64,000 nt of DNA, taken from Acidobacteriota bacterium (GTDB taxonomy: Bacteria > Acidobacteriota > UBA890 > WLXD01). A model generated the notes under the pieces. That model was given only the letters and a program-made list of their open reading frames with translations. It was not told where the DNA came from and made no database searches. Position 1 is the first letter of the stretch; each line of letters begins with the position of its first letter. Shown here piece after piece: positions 1 to 9,551 of the stretch. The DNA is taken from contig CAXWPH010000002.1 in NCBI GenBank assembly GCA_963666055.2, positions 344,266-408,265 on the forward strand. Direction: 5' to 3'. Both the position numbers and the translations under genes were made by a program.

Positions 1-35
1 AGTCGCTGAAGCGGCTCACGCCGCCGGACCCGTAG
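1..35 (+). CDS. 3' end of a Ser/Thr kinase-TolB-like beta-propeller family gene running in from outside the window
   Basis: Reads SLKRLTPPDP*, matching the family C-terminus seen at 29361 (ELKRLVPTDP*) and 41195 (ELRQRVPTGQ*). Confidence 0.55.
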   Translation, partial: SLKRLTPPDP

Positions 36-60
36 CTCCGTCAGCCGAGAGTTGGACCTA

Positions 61-188
61 GCCGTCTCCAAAACGTCTCCACGACTGGGGTTCACTCCAG
101 TAGACGCCAGTGGACTGGAGTCGACTACCTGAGCCGCTGTAAGTGGATTGCTGTCAACGAGAAACGGCGAAAGCCGCGCGCCATCAAC
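61..188 (+). repeat. Integrative-element att arm-like repeat, copy 1
   Basis: ~128 bp closely similar to 2408-2535; starts with the direct repeat GTCTCCAAAACGTCTCCA; contains the inverted repeat ACTCCAGT..ACTGGAGT; lies just before an RNA-gene 3' fragment. Confidence 0.7.
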
Positions 189-208
189 AAGTTACAGGGA
201 TTCGTTAC

Positions 209-235
209 AGCGGGTTCAATTCCCGCCGCCTCCAC
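209..235 (+). other. tmRNA(ssrA)-like 3' end fragment (att core scar)
   Basis: GCGGGTTCAATTCCCGCCGCCTCCAC is a T-arm plus the acceptor end typical of tmRNA (..CTCCACCA); no 5' part present. Confidence 0.65.
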
Positions 236-312
236 TTCGGAGCTGGACTTCGCCCGCGTAGGCTACGGAGCTTCCCATGCGTTGCTGCAGTCGGCTTCCC
301 TGGATCTTCTGG

Positions 313-2211
313 CTACTGCTCTATGGCCGGCGACGACGCAACCGGTAGCTCGCCGTGCACTAGCACGCCTTCCATCATCACCGCCGTGGGCTGCACCTCG
401 GGGATGTCCGCGGGATCGAGCATGAAGAGGTCCTCGTCGAGCACCACGAGGTCGGCGAGCTTGCCGACCTCGAGGGAGCCAATGCGGTCCTCCATGCGAA
501 ACGGATAGGCGCCATCGACGGTGAAACCGCGCACGATCGTGCGCAGATCGATACGCTCGGTCGCCGGCGGTCGAGCTGGCGGTGGCGGGCTCGCGTCCTC
601 GCCCCGGGGCGCCTCCCGCGTATGGGCGCCGTGCATGGTCAGATAGGGGCTGATGACCGATAGCCGCCAGTCGTCGCTCGAGAAGGTCACGCGGCCGCCG
701 GCGTCGAATAGCGACTTGGCCATGTAGGTACGCGTCACTCGCTCCGGGCCCAGCGCCCGCGCCCCTGAGCTGCCGGGGTTGGCGCCGCCGAACCACCAGG
801 CGGTGAAGTTGGCGGAGACGTCGAGTGCCGCGAAGCGCGTCATGTCGGCGCGATCGATGATCTGCAGGTGCGACAGCGTGACACGCGGGTACAGCTCGCC
901 CGAGACCGCCGCCCTCGCCGCCTCCACAGCGTCGAGCGCGATGCGAACGGCGCGGTCGCCGATGGTGTGCACGTGCAGGTCGAGCTGCGCCTCGTGCAAC
1001 TCGAGCAGGAAGTCGCGTAGCTCGGCCATCGACAACATGGTGTCGCCGGCGAAGCTCGGATCATCAGCGTAGGGCTCGAGCATGGCCCCGGAGCGGTTCG
1101 CGTTGATGCCGTCCATGAACAGCTTCACCGTGCGGAACCGCAGCCGCTCGCCGCCGTACTGCCGCCGTAGCCGCCGCATCTCCTGCACCGCCTGAGTGCG
1201 GCGCTCGGGAACGAACACCTGGTAGGTGCCCTCATAGCGCAGCGGCAGCTTGCCGGCGCGTTCGAGACGGGCCAGCAGGCCGTAGACGTGGTCCTCGTAG
1301 CCGAAGTTGCCGCCGTCGTAGACCGTCGTAACGCCGTTCTCCAGCAGCGTCTGCAGAAACGCCACCACGGAGGCCTCGTGCACGTCGGTATCGACGTCGA
1401 ACTGCGAAGCCAGGTGCTGCCAGCCCGCCCCCTCCTTGACCCAACCGGTGGGGTCACCGTTGGCGTCGCGAACGTACGTGGCGACCCCGGGTCGCGGGTC
1501 GGGCGTGCTGGCGTCGATTCCGAGCACCTCCAGCGCCTTCGAGTTGAGCCAGTAGCTGTGCCAGGAGCCGCTGGCGATCCACACCGGCCGGTCGGCAACG
1601 ATGCGGTCGAGGTCGCGTCGGTGCGGCCCCCTGGACCCGTCGACGAACAGCCGGTTGGGCCAGCCATACAGTCGGATCCACCCCTCCCCTGGGTGGCTCT
1701 CGACGTGCTCGCGTACCGCCTCGAGGAACTCCTCGCGGCTCGAGCCGGTGAGGAACGCGTCGTAACCCTCGAGGTCGATGTAACCCGGATGCGTGTGGCC
1801 GTCGATCAGGCCCGGGATTACCAGACGGCCCGCCAGATCGACTGTGCGCGTCGCGTCCGACACGAAGGCCGCGGCGCCGGCGTCGTCCCCAACGTAGGTG
1901 AGCTCGCCGTCCTCGATCGCGACCGCAGTAGCCGACGGGTTGCCGTCGTCCATCGTCACGATGTCGCCGCCGGTGAGCACCCATTCGGCGCCGGCGGCGG
2001 ATCCACCGCTCCCGTCGTCGCCGGCGTCGCAGCTCACCGTCAGCGCGATCGTTCCCACCAGAGCCAACAAGAGGCTACCCGAGAGGATCGCGCCGCGCGC
2101 TCGCGTCCATACGGTCGTCGGTCTCAGTAGGCGGACTGCTGCGAGATGCCGTTCGCCGGGCTCTTCGCCACGACGCTCGAGGTTGGTGGCTTCATCGCTC
2201 TTCCTGCTCAT
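313..2211 (-). CDS. Amidohydrolase family 3 (YtcJ-like) metallo-hydrolase, probably exported
   Basis: PGLIDGHTH, VKLFMDG, HVHTIGDRA, GSLEVGKLADLVVLD motifs; hydrophobic N-terminal segment; start chosen at MSRKS. Confidence 0.9.
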   Translation of the reverse strand: MSRKSDEATNLERRGEEPGERHLAAVRLLRPTTVWTRARGAILSGSLLLALVGTIALTVSCDAGDDGSGGSAAGAEWVLTGGDIVTMDDGNPSATAVAIEDGELTYVGDDAGAAAFVSDATRTVDLAGRLVIPGLIDGHTHPGYIDLEGYDAFLTGSSREEFLEAVREHVESHPGEGWIRLYGWPNRLFVDGSRGPHRRDLDRIVADRPVWIASGSWHSYWLNSKALEVLGIDASTPDPRPGVATYVRDANGDPTGWVKEGAGWQHLASQFDVDTDVHEASVVAFLQTLLENGVTTVYDGGNFGYEDHVYGLLARLERAGKLPLRYEGTYQVFVPERRTQAVQEMRRLRRQYGGERLRFRTVKLFMDGINANRSGAMLEPYADDPSFAGDTMLSMAELRDFLLELHEAQLDLHVHTIGDRAVRIALDAVEAARAAVSGELYPRVTLSHLQIIDRADMTRFAALDVSANFTAWWFGGANPGSSGARALGPERVTRTYMAKSLFDAGGRVTFSSDDWRLSVISPYLTMHGAHTREAPRGEDASPPPPARPPATERIDLRTIVRGFTVDGAYPFRMEDRIGSLEVGKLADLVVLDEDLFMLDPADIPEVQPTAVMMEGVLVHGELPVASSPAIEQ

Positions 2212-2407
2212 CGGACCCGGCTCCGCTAGCTGCGCCTCGTCGCCCGCGCCATGCAGCTGCGATCCTATCGTGCCGCAAGGGGGACCCGTTCGGCCCTGCA
2301 GAGCCCCCGACTCTCCCACGGCGGCTGGCACTATCGCTACCCCGCCGATCACTTCGACCAGCAAGATTGCAGACCATGCCCGGGCCACGGTTGTCCTGGC
2401 GACGTCC

Positions 2408-2535
2408 GCCGTCTCCAAAACGTCTCCACGACCGGGGTTCACTCCAGTAGACGCCAGTCCACTGGAGTCGACTACTTGAGCCGCCGTTAACGGTTACCTG
2501 CCAACGAGAAACGGCGAAAGCCGTGCGCCATCAAC
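2408..2535 (+). repeat. Integrative-element att arm-like repeat, copy 2
   Basis: Direct repeat of 61-188. Confidence 0.7.
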
Positions 2536-2558
2536 CACTTAGCAGAATCCGCTAGATC

Positions 2559-2584
2559 GGGTTCGAGTCCCTCCCTCGGTACTA
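2559..2584 (+). other. tRNA 3' end fragment, Leu-like (att core scar)
   Basis: GGGTTCGAGTCCCTCCCTCGGTACTA is a T-arm plus 3' acceptor strand; no D-arm or anticodon upstream. Confidence 0.6.
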
Positions 2585-2701
2585 TTGTTTTCAACAGCTT
2601 ACGAAGATTCGTTGTCAACGATCGCCTGGCAGTTGAACCGGCGCGCTGCCAGCAGGTAGGTTTGCGGTGATGTGTGAGGTGCCCTTGGGCGCAGGAGATC
2701 T

Positions 2702-4978
2702 TTGGTGAAAGATCGTGAGCACGCAAATCGGTTCTTCGGCTTCGTCCTGGCGTTGACCATCACCGGGCTACCGGTTGCGAGTGCCGGCGCGGTGGCCGGC
2801 GCGAGCTGGAGTGCGGCGTCTTTCGTAATGCTGGCTCAGGAGGCGCTGCCGGCGCAGATGCCGACGTTTCGGTCCGCGGTTACGCGCGTGCGTGTCGACG
2901 CCATCGTTGCCGACAAGGACGGCAACTTCATCGACGACTTGAAGGCGGACGACTTCCGGGTCTTCGAGGATGGGGTCGAGCAGGAGATCTTGAACGTCCA
3001 GTTCGTCAGCCTGACAAGAGGACAGGTCACCAACGTGGCCTCTCACGACGAAACGGTCACGGCGCGCGAGGAATCGCTCGCTGTGCCGGCGGAGCCCACA
3101 CCCATCCGGCGAAGCCCTGCAAGTCTCGGGGCTGTTGTCTATCTCGTCGACCTGCCGAGCCTGGATCGAAGGAACAAGCAACGGCTAACCAGGACTCTCG
3201 AGAGTTTGTTCGAAGGGGAGGGTGACCTGCAGGTGCCGCGCAGCATGTTCATGATCGATAGCACGGGCACTGTTCGGGAGATGGCCCCGTTGACGACCGA
3301 TCGTGAAGTGCTTCGCGATGCGGCGGCGTCGGTGACGGCGGAAGGGCTGACGAGCACGTCTATTTTCGCCCGCATGGAGCAGGAGTATCAGCCGATCATG
3401 CAGGTGGCGATCGACGCGGCGAATTCGCCGTCAGCGGGGGGGAACCCCGACGATTTGAACCCGATCATGGTGCGCCAGATTCTCGAGAACCTCGATCGAA
3501 AGGCCGAGGTAGATGGCGAGCTCCAGCGTCTGCGCGGCGAGCAGACGCTTCGGACACTTCTTTACTTCACCAACGCCTTGTCGGCAATGGAGGGCCGTAC
3601 TGCCCTCGTGTGGATCTCCTCCGGTGCGATGATCACCAAGGGGGGACCCTACTCGGCTTTCTCAGCAGCGGTGCGTGAGGCGGTCGACGCTCCGATGGGA
3701 ACTTCGACTCTGGACGGGTTGGAACTCAGCCAGCCCATCCTCGACTTGATGGAGGAGGTGTTCGAAACCGCGAACACGGGCAACGTGAGCATTTACACGG
3801 TCGATCCGCGCCCGACCTCGGAGCTCAACAGCCTCGGCAAGAGTGCCACCGTCGGCAGCGGCGTGCTTTCCAGAGCCATGCGACGCTATGTGCGGCAAGC
3901 CTATCGCGATCTCACCATACCGCTCGTGGACCTGGCGGCCAAAACTGGCGGCCGGGCGTTCATCGGCTGGAGCGATCTCGACCGAGCGTTCGAAGAGCAG
4001 TACAACGACTCGACGCGATTCTACTTGATCTTCTATGAGCCACCGGCGCCACACGAGGATGGCGAGTACCACGAGATCGAGGTGCAGGTGAGCTACCCGG
4101 AGGCGGAGGTGCGAGCCCGCGCAGGCTATCGAGAGCTGCCGGATTCGGAGCTCAGGGCTCGCAAGTTCGCCGCAGCCTTGGCGCTACCGGGCTCAGTTAT
4201 GGGACGCCCGGTGCCCGCCGCCGCGTTCCACCGCTTTGAGCCCGACGGCGCGCCCAAGATCCTACTGGTTGCCGGGTTACCGCGGCCCGCAGAGACGATC
4301 ACCGGTAGCTGGGCGCCCGCGTTCGGGGGAGTCGATCCCGCCGAGGATATCCCCGAGGAGCTGATCGACGTGCTCGGCATCCCGTACTTCCTCGTGCATG
4401 CCATCGTGTTGGATCGTGCGGGCGAGATCAGCGGCGAGACTCACTCGTTGGTTCGGCCACGCGCCGATCTGGCCGAGTACGCACCCGGTGCTGCGTTCCG
4501 ACACTTCCGGTACACGACGGAGTGGTCAGTCGAGCCGGGAACCTACGATATCCGGCTGCTGATCGCTGAAGGCGGCGGTGACCGATTCGGCACGTCGAGG
4601 CTACAGGTGCAGGTTCCGTCAAGCGACGGGTGGACGATGGCGGATCCGATGCTCGGCATTCTGGACGCCGATGCCGCGTTCAGACCGCTGCTAGACCAGG
4701 GCGTATCCGAGGGCTTCCAGATCTTCGCGAGCGTTCAGGTTAGCGGCGCGACGGACCCCTACGTTTCTGCCTTGATCTTCCAAGAGGCCACACGAAACTC
4801 CATCGCCTGGGTACCGCCCCAACCATTGCGGTCCGAGGGTCCGGGCGTATACGGCGGGCTTCTGCGGCTGCCGTATCTCGCCCCCGGCGAGTACCTGGTC
4901 GAGCTGCAAGTAGTGGATACGACCCCCGATGGCCAGGCGGTCCGGCTGATGCCGCTGCGCGTGGTGGAAGGCCACTAG
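2702..4978 (+). CDS. Acidobacterial-type VWA domain protein
   Basis: PTFRSAVTRVRVDAIVADKDGNFIDDLKADDFRVFEDG, GRTALVWISSG, LAAKTGGRAF, DGEYHEIEVQV..VRARAGY motifs; signal peptide. Confidence 0.88.
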   Translation: MVKDREHANRFFGFVLALTITGLPVASAGAVAGASWSAASFVMLAQEALPAQMPTFRSAVTRVRVDAIVADKDGNFIDDLKADDFRVFEDGVEQEILNVQFVSLTRGQVTNVASHDETVTAREESLAVPAEPTPIRRSPASLGAVVYLVDLPSLDRRNKQRLTRTLESLFEGEGDLQVPRSMFMIDSTGTVREMAPLTTDREVLRDAAASVTAEGLTSTSIFARMEQEYQPIMQVAIDAANSPSAGGNPDDLNPIMVRQILENLDRKAEVDGELQRLRGEQTLRTLLYFTNALSAMEGRTALVWISSGAMITKGGPYSAFSAAVREAVDAPMGTSTLDGLELSQPILDLMEEVFETANTGNVSIYTVDPRPTSELNSLGKSATVGSGVLSRAMRRYVRQAYRDLTIPLVDLAAKTGGRAFIGWSDLDRAFEEQYNDSTRFYLIFYEPPAPHEDGEYHEIEVQVSYPEAEVRARAGYRELPDSELRARKFAAALALPGSVMGRPVPAAAFHRFEPDGAPKILLVAGLPRPAETITGSWAPAFGGVDPAEDIPEELIDVLGIPYFLVHAIVLDRAGEISGETHSLVRPRADLAEYAPGAAFRHFRYTTEWSVEPGTYDIRLLIAEGGGDRFGTSRLQVQVPSSDGWTMADPMLGILDADAAFRPLLDQGVSEGFQIFASVQVSGATDPYVSALIFQEATRNSIAWVPPQPLRSEGPGVYGGLLRLPYLAPGEYLVELQVVDTTPDGQAVRLMPLRVVEGH

Positions 4979-5009
4979 CCGGGAGAACCGCCGCGTGGGT
5001 TCGTTGGCA

Positions 5010-5090
5010 GTGCCTTCAACGCGTACCGCTCGCTTGGTATCGCTGGATGCCCTGCGCGGCTTCGATATGTTCTGGATCCATCGGCGGCGT
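5010..5090 (+). pseudogene. N-terminal scrap of a DUF5009/HGSNAT-like acyltransferase
   Basis: Translates RLVSLDALRGFDMFWI then (+1 shift) IGG; the rest of the gene is absent. Confidence 0.65.
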
Positions 5091-5229
5091 CAACGAACAA
5101 GAGATTGTTGTCGCTACGGCATCCGCGCCATACAAAAGCTTCGCGTACACCTCTAGGCGCTGGTGATTGAACGCCGTTCTTTCGGCGTGGACCCTCGAGG
5201 GGCTTCTACGGCCATCCTGGGGACACTCT

Positions 5230-5400
5230 TTAGGCCCTGGCGGCCTCAGCGACCAGACTTGCCACTGTACCGGCCAAATCGGTGCGGTTGTCGTCGTAAA
5301 GCTGGACCGTCTCGAGCATCGCGTGCCGTGAGTGACGCTGGACGGCCCGCGCGTCGCCGCCCATCCTGTCGAGAGCAACCGTGATCGACGCATGCGCCCT
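5230..5400 (-). pseudogene. C-terminal fragment of a tyrosine recombinase
   Basis: HASITVALDRMGGDARAVQRHSRHAMLETVQLYDDNR carries box-II His and a catalytic Tyr pattern of Xer/Int family proteins. Confidence 0.65.
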
Positions 5401-5612
5401 TCGAGTAACTGAGAACCAGTCACCCATAAAGAAGGGGGCCGGACGGCCCAACATCCCAAGAAACAGCCGTCGGCCCCCAGCAACCCCTACGAGTGTACTG
5501 TCAAGTTAAGCTGATTCTTGCCCGCTTGGGCGCCTCGCCCAGACCGCAAAGGCCCGAATACCAGGGGTTTCCTGTCCTACGGGTCACGCGTTTCTTGCAG
5601 ATTTCGAGTTAA

Positions 5613-6781
5613 GGAACCTCTGATCAATTCGGGTTCGATGGGATAATGCACGCGGATCCGATCACGCCGCCAGAGGGAGAAGGGAATGCGCCAGCAGACG
5701 CTTGCCGAAGGGTCCTTTGAGCAGTACCGGAAGGTGACCCGCCGGGAGCGGTTCCTGGCAGAGATGGATCAGGTGGTGCCGTGGGCCCAGCTGTGCGCTT
5801 TGATCGAGCCGGTGTATCCGAAGCCGAAGGGAGCGGGACGGCGCCCAGTCGGGCTGGAGAGGATGCTGCGCATCTACTTCATGCAGCAGTGGTTCAACCT
5901 GTCGGACCCGGGGGTGGAGGAGGCGCTGTACGACTCGCGGGCGATGCGTGCCTTCGTGGGGATCGATCTGGGACGGGAGCCGGCGCCGGACGAGACGACG
6001 GTGTGCAAGTTCCGGCACCTTCTGGAGACCCACGAGCTGGGCGTGCAGGTGTTCCACATCGTTGCCGAGCACCTGCAGGGGCGGGGGCTGAAGGTCAGCA
6101 CGGGCACCATCGTCGACGCGACGATCATCACCGCCCCGTCATCGACCAAGAACAAGGCCAAGCAGCGGGATCCGGAGATGCGCTCGACCAAGAAGGGCAA
6201 CCAATGGTACTTCGGGATGAAGGGACACTTCGGTGTGGACAGCAAATCCAAGCTCATTCACTCGGTCGTGGCCACCGCCGCCAATGTCCATGACAGCCAG
6301 GTGCTAGAGGATCTGCTGCATGGGCAGGAGACGCGGGTGTGGGGAGACAGCGCTTATACGGGCCGACGGGAGGTCATTGTCCGGTGTGCTCCCGGTGCCA
6401 AGGACTTCACCAACAAGAAAGGGCACCGTCACCGGCCACTGACCGAGCGAGACCGAGCTCGAAACCGCACCAAGTCGAAGGTGCGGGCCAAAGTCGAGCA
6501 CCCGATGCTGGTGATCAAGCGCATCTTCGGCTTCAGAAAGGTCCGATACCGAGGGCTCCACAAGAACGCGCACCGGCTCTTCGTGACCTGCGCGTTGGCC
6601 AACCTATTCATGGCACGCAAGGTGCTGCTCGCGCACACCTGAAACAGGCACCCTGAGAGGCCGCCGTCGCGGTTGAACCCGTCGGCAGCAGCTCGGAGGG
6701 CGACTGCATTCCCACCCTTATGCCGACCAGTTCCTCCAATCAGGCTCCATCCTGACTGACGGCCAATTGATCAGACCTTCC
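5613..6781 (+). mobile_element. IS5-family element (IS5 subgroup), complete
   Basis: IRs GGAACCTCTGATCAATT / AATTGATCAGACCTTCC (15/17 match); TTAA duplicated at 5609-5612 and 6782-6785. Confidence 0.93.
5686..6642 (+). CDS. IS5 family transposase
   Basis: TRRERFLAEM, QQWFNLSD, IVDATII, KKGNQWYFGMKGH, GDSAY, RAKVEHP. Confidence 0.95.
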   Translation: MRQQTLAEGSFEQYRKVTRRERFLAEMDQVVPWAQLCALIEPVYPKPKGAGRRPVGLERMLRIYFMQQWFNLSDPGVEEALYDSRAMRAFVGIDLGREPAPDETTVCKFRHLLETHELGVQVFHIVAEHLQGRGLKVSTGTIVDATIITAPSSTKNKAKQRDPEMRSTKKGNQWYFGMKGHFGVDSKSKLIHSVVATAANVHDSQVLEDLLHGQETRVWGDSAYTGRREVIVRCAPGAKDFTNKKGHRHRPLTERDRARNRTKSKVRAKVEHPMLVIKRIFGFRKVRYRGLHKNAHRLFVTCALANLFMARKVLLAHT

Positions 6782-6891
6782 TTAACTTGACAGTGCCCCC
6801 CAGAGGCCAGACTGCGGAACAGGCCGGTGCGCTTGATCACCGTCCGCCTCCTTGAATTGCTTCTCGGCAGCCACAGTGATGTCCTCCACGG

Positions 6892-7419
6892 CTACCTGCT
6901 GCGGGCCTTTGTTTTCTGCGCGGCGCGTGGCGGCGCAGGACTCATGTCGCCCTCGGCCAGCTCCGTCAAGACTTGGTAGACGGCTTCTTCCAGAACGAGC
7001 TCGATAGCCTCGACACCGTCGCGGCTCGCGCCCAGGACCCGGTTTGCAAGGATCGGCGGCCACGACAAGAGCTTCGTGCGCACCGCGGCGATATGGTCGC
7101 CCCACGTCTTCGCCACGTCCTCGACCTCGAGCAGCTCGCCGGCGCGGAGTCGATACTGCTGTTCCGCCAATAGCGCTTGCGCGTGTTCCTTCCGTGCCCG
7201 CTCGCGCGCCACGTCGACGAACTCGCCGGCACCGCTGGCAGAGTCGCGCGCCCGCTTCCACGCCAGGCACGGCTCGACCTCGAAATCGGTCGCTTGACCG
7301 CGCCCGCGTTTCCGGCTTGGCATTCCGTCCGCTTCAAACTTGTAAGTCGTCCGCGGATTCACGTCGAGCGCCGCGGCGATTGCTTTGCGCGTGACCCAAC
7401 CTCGCCGCCGCCGCGCCAT
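6892..7419 (-). CDS. Terminase small subunit, lambda Nu1-like
   Basis: N-terminal wHTH (VTRKAIAAALDVNPRTTYKFEADGMP), then ERARKEHAQALLAE..RAGELLEVEDV..AVRTKLLSWP. Confidence 0.75.
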   Translation of the reverse strand: MARRRRGWVTRKAIAAALDVNPRTTYKFEADGMPSRKRGRGQATDFEVEPCLAWKRARDSASGAGEFVDVARERARKEHAQALLAEQQYRLRAGELLEVEDVAKTWGDHIAAVRTKLLSWPPILANRVLGASRDGVEAIELVLEEAVYQVLTELAEGDMSPAPPRAAQKTKARSR

Positions 7420-7689
7420 CTAGTCGTCGAGCCCCCACGATTTCAGCAGCGCGTCGATTTGCTTGATCGCCGCCCGCTCGGCTCCGATCGCCGGATGGTC
7501 GACGGTGTTGTTCTTTCCGTCCGTCACGATGAGCCCGTCGGCGTCGATGAGCTCGCGAGCGGCGCGCGCCGTTTTCATCTGTACCGCGAGCGCCTCCATA
7601 ATCGCCGGCGGCGCGTCCTCGAAGAGCGTCGGTTCGACCTCGCGCCATATCTTCGCGCGCTTCGGCGACAGATGCGCCGGCGGCTCCAT
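7420..7689 (-). CDS. Terminase small subunit, P27 family
   Basis: PPAHLS..AKIWREV, ELIDADGLIVTD, HPAI..ERAA, ..LLKSWGL pattern. Confidence 0.8.
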   Translation of the reverse strand: MEPPAHLSPKRAKIWREVEPTLFEDAPPAIMEALAVQMKTARAARELIDADGLIVTDGKNNTVDHPAIGAERAAIKQIDALLKSWGLDD

Positions 7690-7917
7690 GTCTTGATCAT
7701 CGCGCCCCTGGATGCTTGCTCACCGACACGGCTTCCCCTTCGTCGCCGTTCCGACCGTGCTCAGGCTTCGAGCGGTCGCGGGCCCGTAATGGGGCGCGCC
7801 GCCGACCTCGACGTTTCGATTCGTTCGAGCTCCGGAATTTCACTGGTGAACGCGCCGGCGTCATGCTCCCGGAAGACTTCGTCGGCGAGCGTGTCGTCGA
7901 CGCTGCTTGATTTCGGG

Positions 7918-8646
7918 TCAACTCTGCTTACCTCCGCAATGGTGCACGACGATCGCGTCAACTGATTCGCGGAGACGATCGCTGGGGGCTCTCAGCTGCG
8001 TGCGAACCCGATCCCAATCGATCTCCGTGAGGGATGCGCGAACGGCCACCGCGACCGCCTCCCAGAACTCAACATGACTCAAACCGGCGCCGTTCAGAGC
8101 TGAGCCCTGGTGTGCATATCGGATGGACCAGGCAACCGACATGGCCTCACTGCACGAGAAATCGTCCGGTAAGGCGGCAACGATGTCGACAGCGAGCTCG
8201 GCGATGGGACGCCATCCCGTCATCGCGAGTCGGTAGCGTCGCTCGAACGGGTCCGAGGGGAGCTGCTCATCATCCGGGTCGACTGCGTCCGGGAGGGTGA
8301 ACTCCTTACCCCGAAGCTGTGCCCACAACAGCTCAGCGACGTAGTAAGGAACGAGGTCGCCCTTGTAGGTATCGGTAAGGGTGGTTGGCGGTGACGGATA
8401 CGGAATCTGAGAGATGCACACGGATCTAGGCCAGTGCATGGGTATCTTTAGGTCCCCCATGATTCCTTCGATTTCTGCCACGACGGCTCGGGCCTGCGAA
8501 TAGGCGGGGTCAGACAATGGGTTGATCTTGCCCTCCCCGCCGAGTCTCACGATCGCTTCATGGTCGTATCTAGGTAGATCGTCGAGTTGGTCCAGTAGAT
8601 TGTCTAGCCGACTCCTGTTCTCGGTCGTCAGTGGCTCTAAGTTCAT
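7918..8646 (-). CDS. Hypothetical satellite cargo protein
   Basis: 242 aa ORF with GGAGGAG RBS; lower GC; N-terminus paralogous to the next ORF. Confidence 0.7.
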   Translation of the reverse strand: MNLEPLTTENRSRLDNLLDQLDDLPRYDHEAIVRLGGEGKINPLSDPAYSQARAVVAEIEGIMGDLKIPMHWPRSVCISQIPYPSPPTTLTDTYKGDLVPYYVAELLWAQLRGKEFTLPDAVDPDDEQLPSDPFERRYRLAMTGWRPIAELAVDIVAALPDDFSCSEAMSVAWSIRYAHQGSALNGAGLSHVEFWEAVAVAVRASLTEIDWDRVRTQLRAPSDRLRESVDAIVVHHCGGKQS

Positions 8647-8684
8647 CGTGTACTCCTCCGTTTCTTAGGGGTGTCGGTTGTGAA

Positions 8685-9551
8685 TCAGCTGAAGCGGGTA
8701 ACCGATTCCTCCCGTGCAACGCTGCTGCTTGCCGCTGGAAGTGTTCGCCTCCGATGGGCGTGCGCGACGAGCTTTCCGTTCTTGTACGTGTAGGCCGCCC
8801 GCCCGCCCCTACTGGGCGGTGTATGCGGATGCCAGGGGTTGTGAATCAGGACCACCGCGACGTCTGAGGGTGCGCACGACTGGACTGCTGCTGGCATCGC
8901 TTCATCGACACCGCCCACAATGAAGAACTGTTCGGCTTCCTCGTTGAACTGCATAACGACGTAGCGGCTCACGCGCCAGCGCTCTAGCCTCAGAAGGAGT
9001 TCATCACCTCCATCTTCAACACTGAGAGGCAAGGATTCACGGCTCCAGCACTCGTCAGCATCGTTGCCCGTTCGCGGCGGAGGCTCTCCAGTTGTTGCAA
9101 CCGAATATGCGGTCTCGCCTAACGCTGCGAGCGTGTGCCACGCTTCACCGTCAGGTTCATGCTGGAAATAAGCTTGCGGGTAGGGCTCAAATACCTCTCG
9201 ATCCGGGTCGTAGATCCACTCGCACCGCCCCCTCGTCCTGTTCACAGCGATCAGGTGCAGTGGCCGCTGTTCGCTCCAGCTCGGTTCAATTGCAACTGCA
9301 GGCTGTCTCAATGCGTCCAGCAATCTGTCGGTGTCTCCGTGTACCGACTGGATATCGGACAGCGATACGCTAGCCTGCCGCCGGACGAGGTCGACGGCGA
9401 CCAGAACGTGCGTTGGCATTCTCCCGCCTCTTTGGTCGTCAGTTTTCGGCGATGGCGAGTCTTCCCACTTGAGCTTAGGCAGATCGTCATGCCGGCCCAG
9501 CAAATTCTCTAGCCGACTCATGTTGTCGGTCGTCAGTTGCTCTACACGCAT
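8685..9551 (-). CDS. Hypothetical satellite cargo protein
   Basis: 288 aa ORF with AAGGAG RBS; N-terminus MRVEQLTTDNMSRLENLL resembles MNLEPLTTENRSRLDNLL. Confidence 0.7.
   Translation of the reverse strand: MRVEQLTTDNMSRLENLLGRHDDLPKLKWEDSPSPKTDDQRGGRMPTHVLVAVDLVRRQASVSLSDIQSVHGDTDRLLDALRQPAVAIEPSWSEQRPLHLIAVNRTRGRCEWIYDPDREVFEPYPQAYFQHEPDGEAWHTLAALGETAYSVATTGEPPPRTGNDADECWSRESLPLSVEDGGDELLLRLERWRVSRYVVMQFNEEAEQFFIVGGVDEAMPAAVQSCAPSDVAVVLIHNPWHPHTPPSRGGRAAYTYKNGKLVAHAHRRRTLPAASSSVAREESVTRFS

Larger units (their letters stand above)
5495..6797. mobile_element. ~130 bp IS6-ended non-autonomous element (MITE/remnant) interrupted by IS5
   Basis: GTACTGTCAAGTTAAG at 5495-5510; GTTAACTTGACAGTGCC is restored when IS5 is removed; same ends as the IS6 at 63181-63985. 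Confidence 0.75.
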
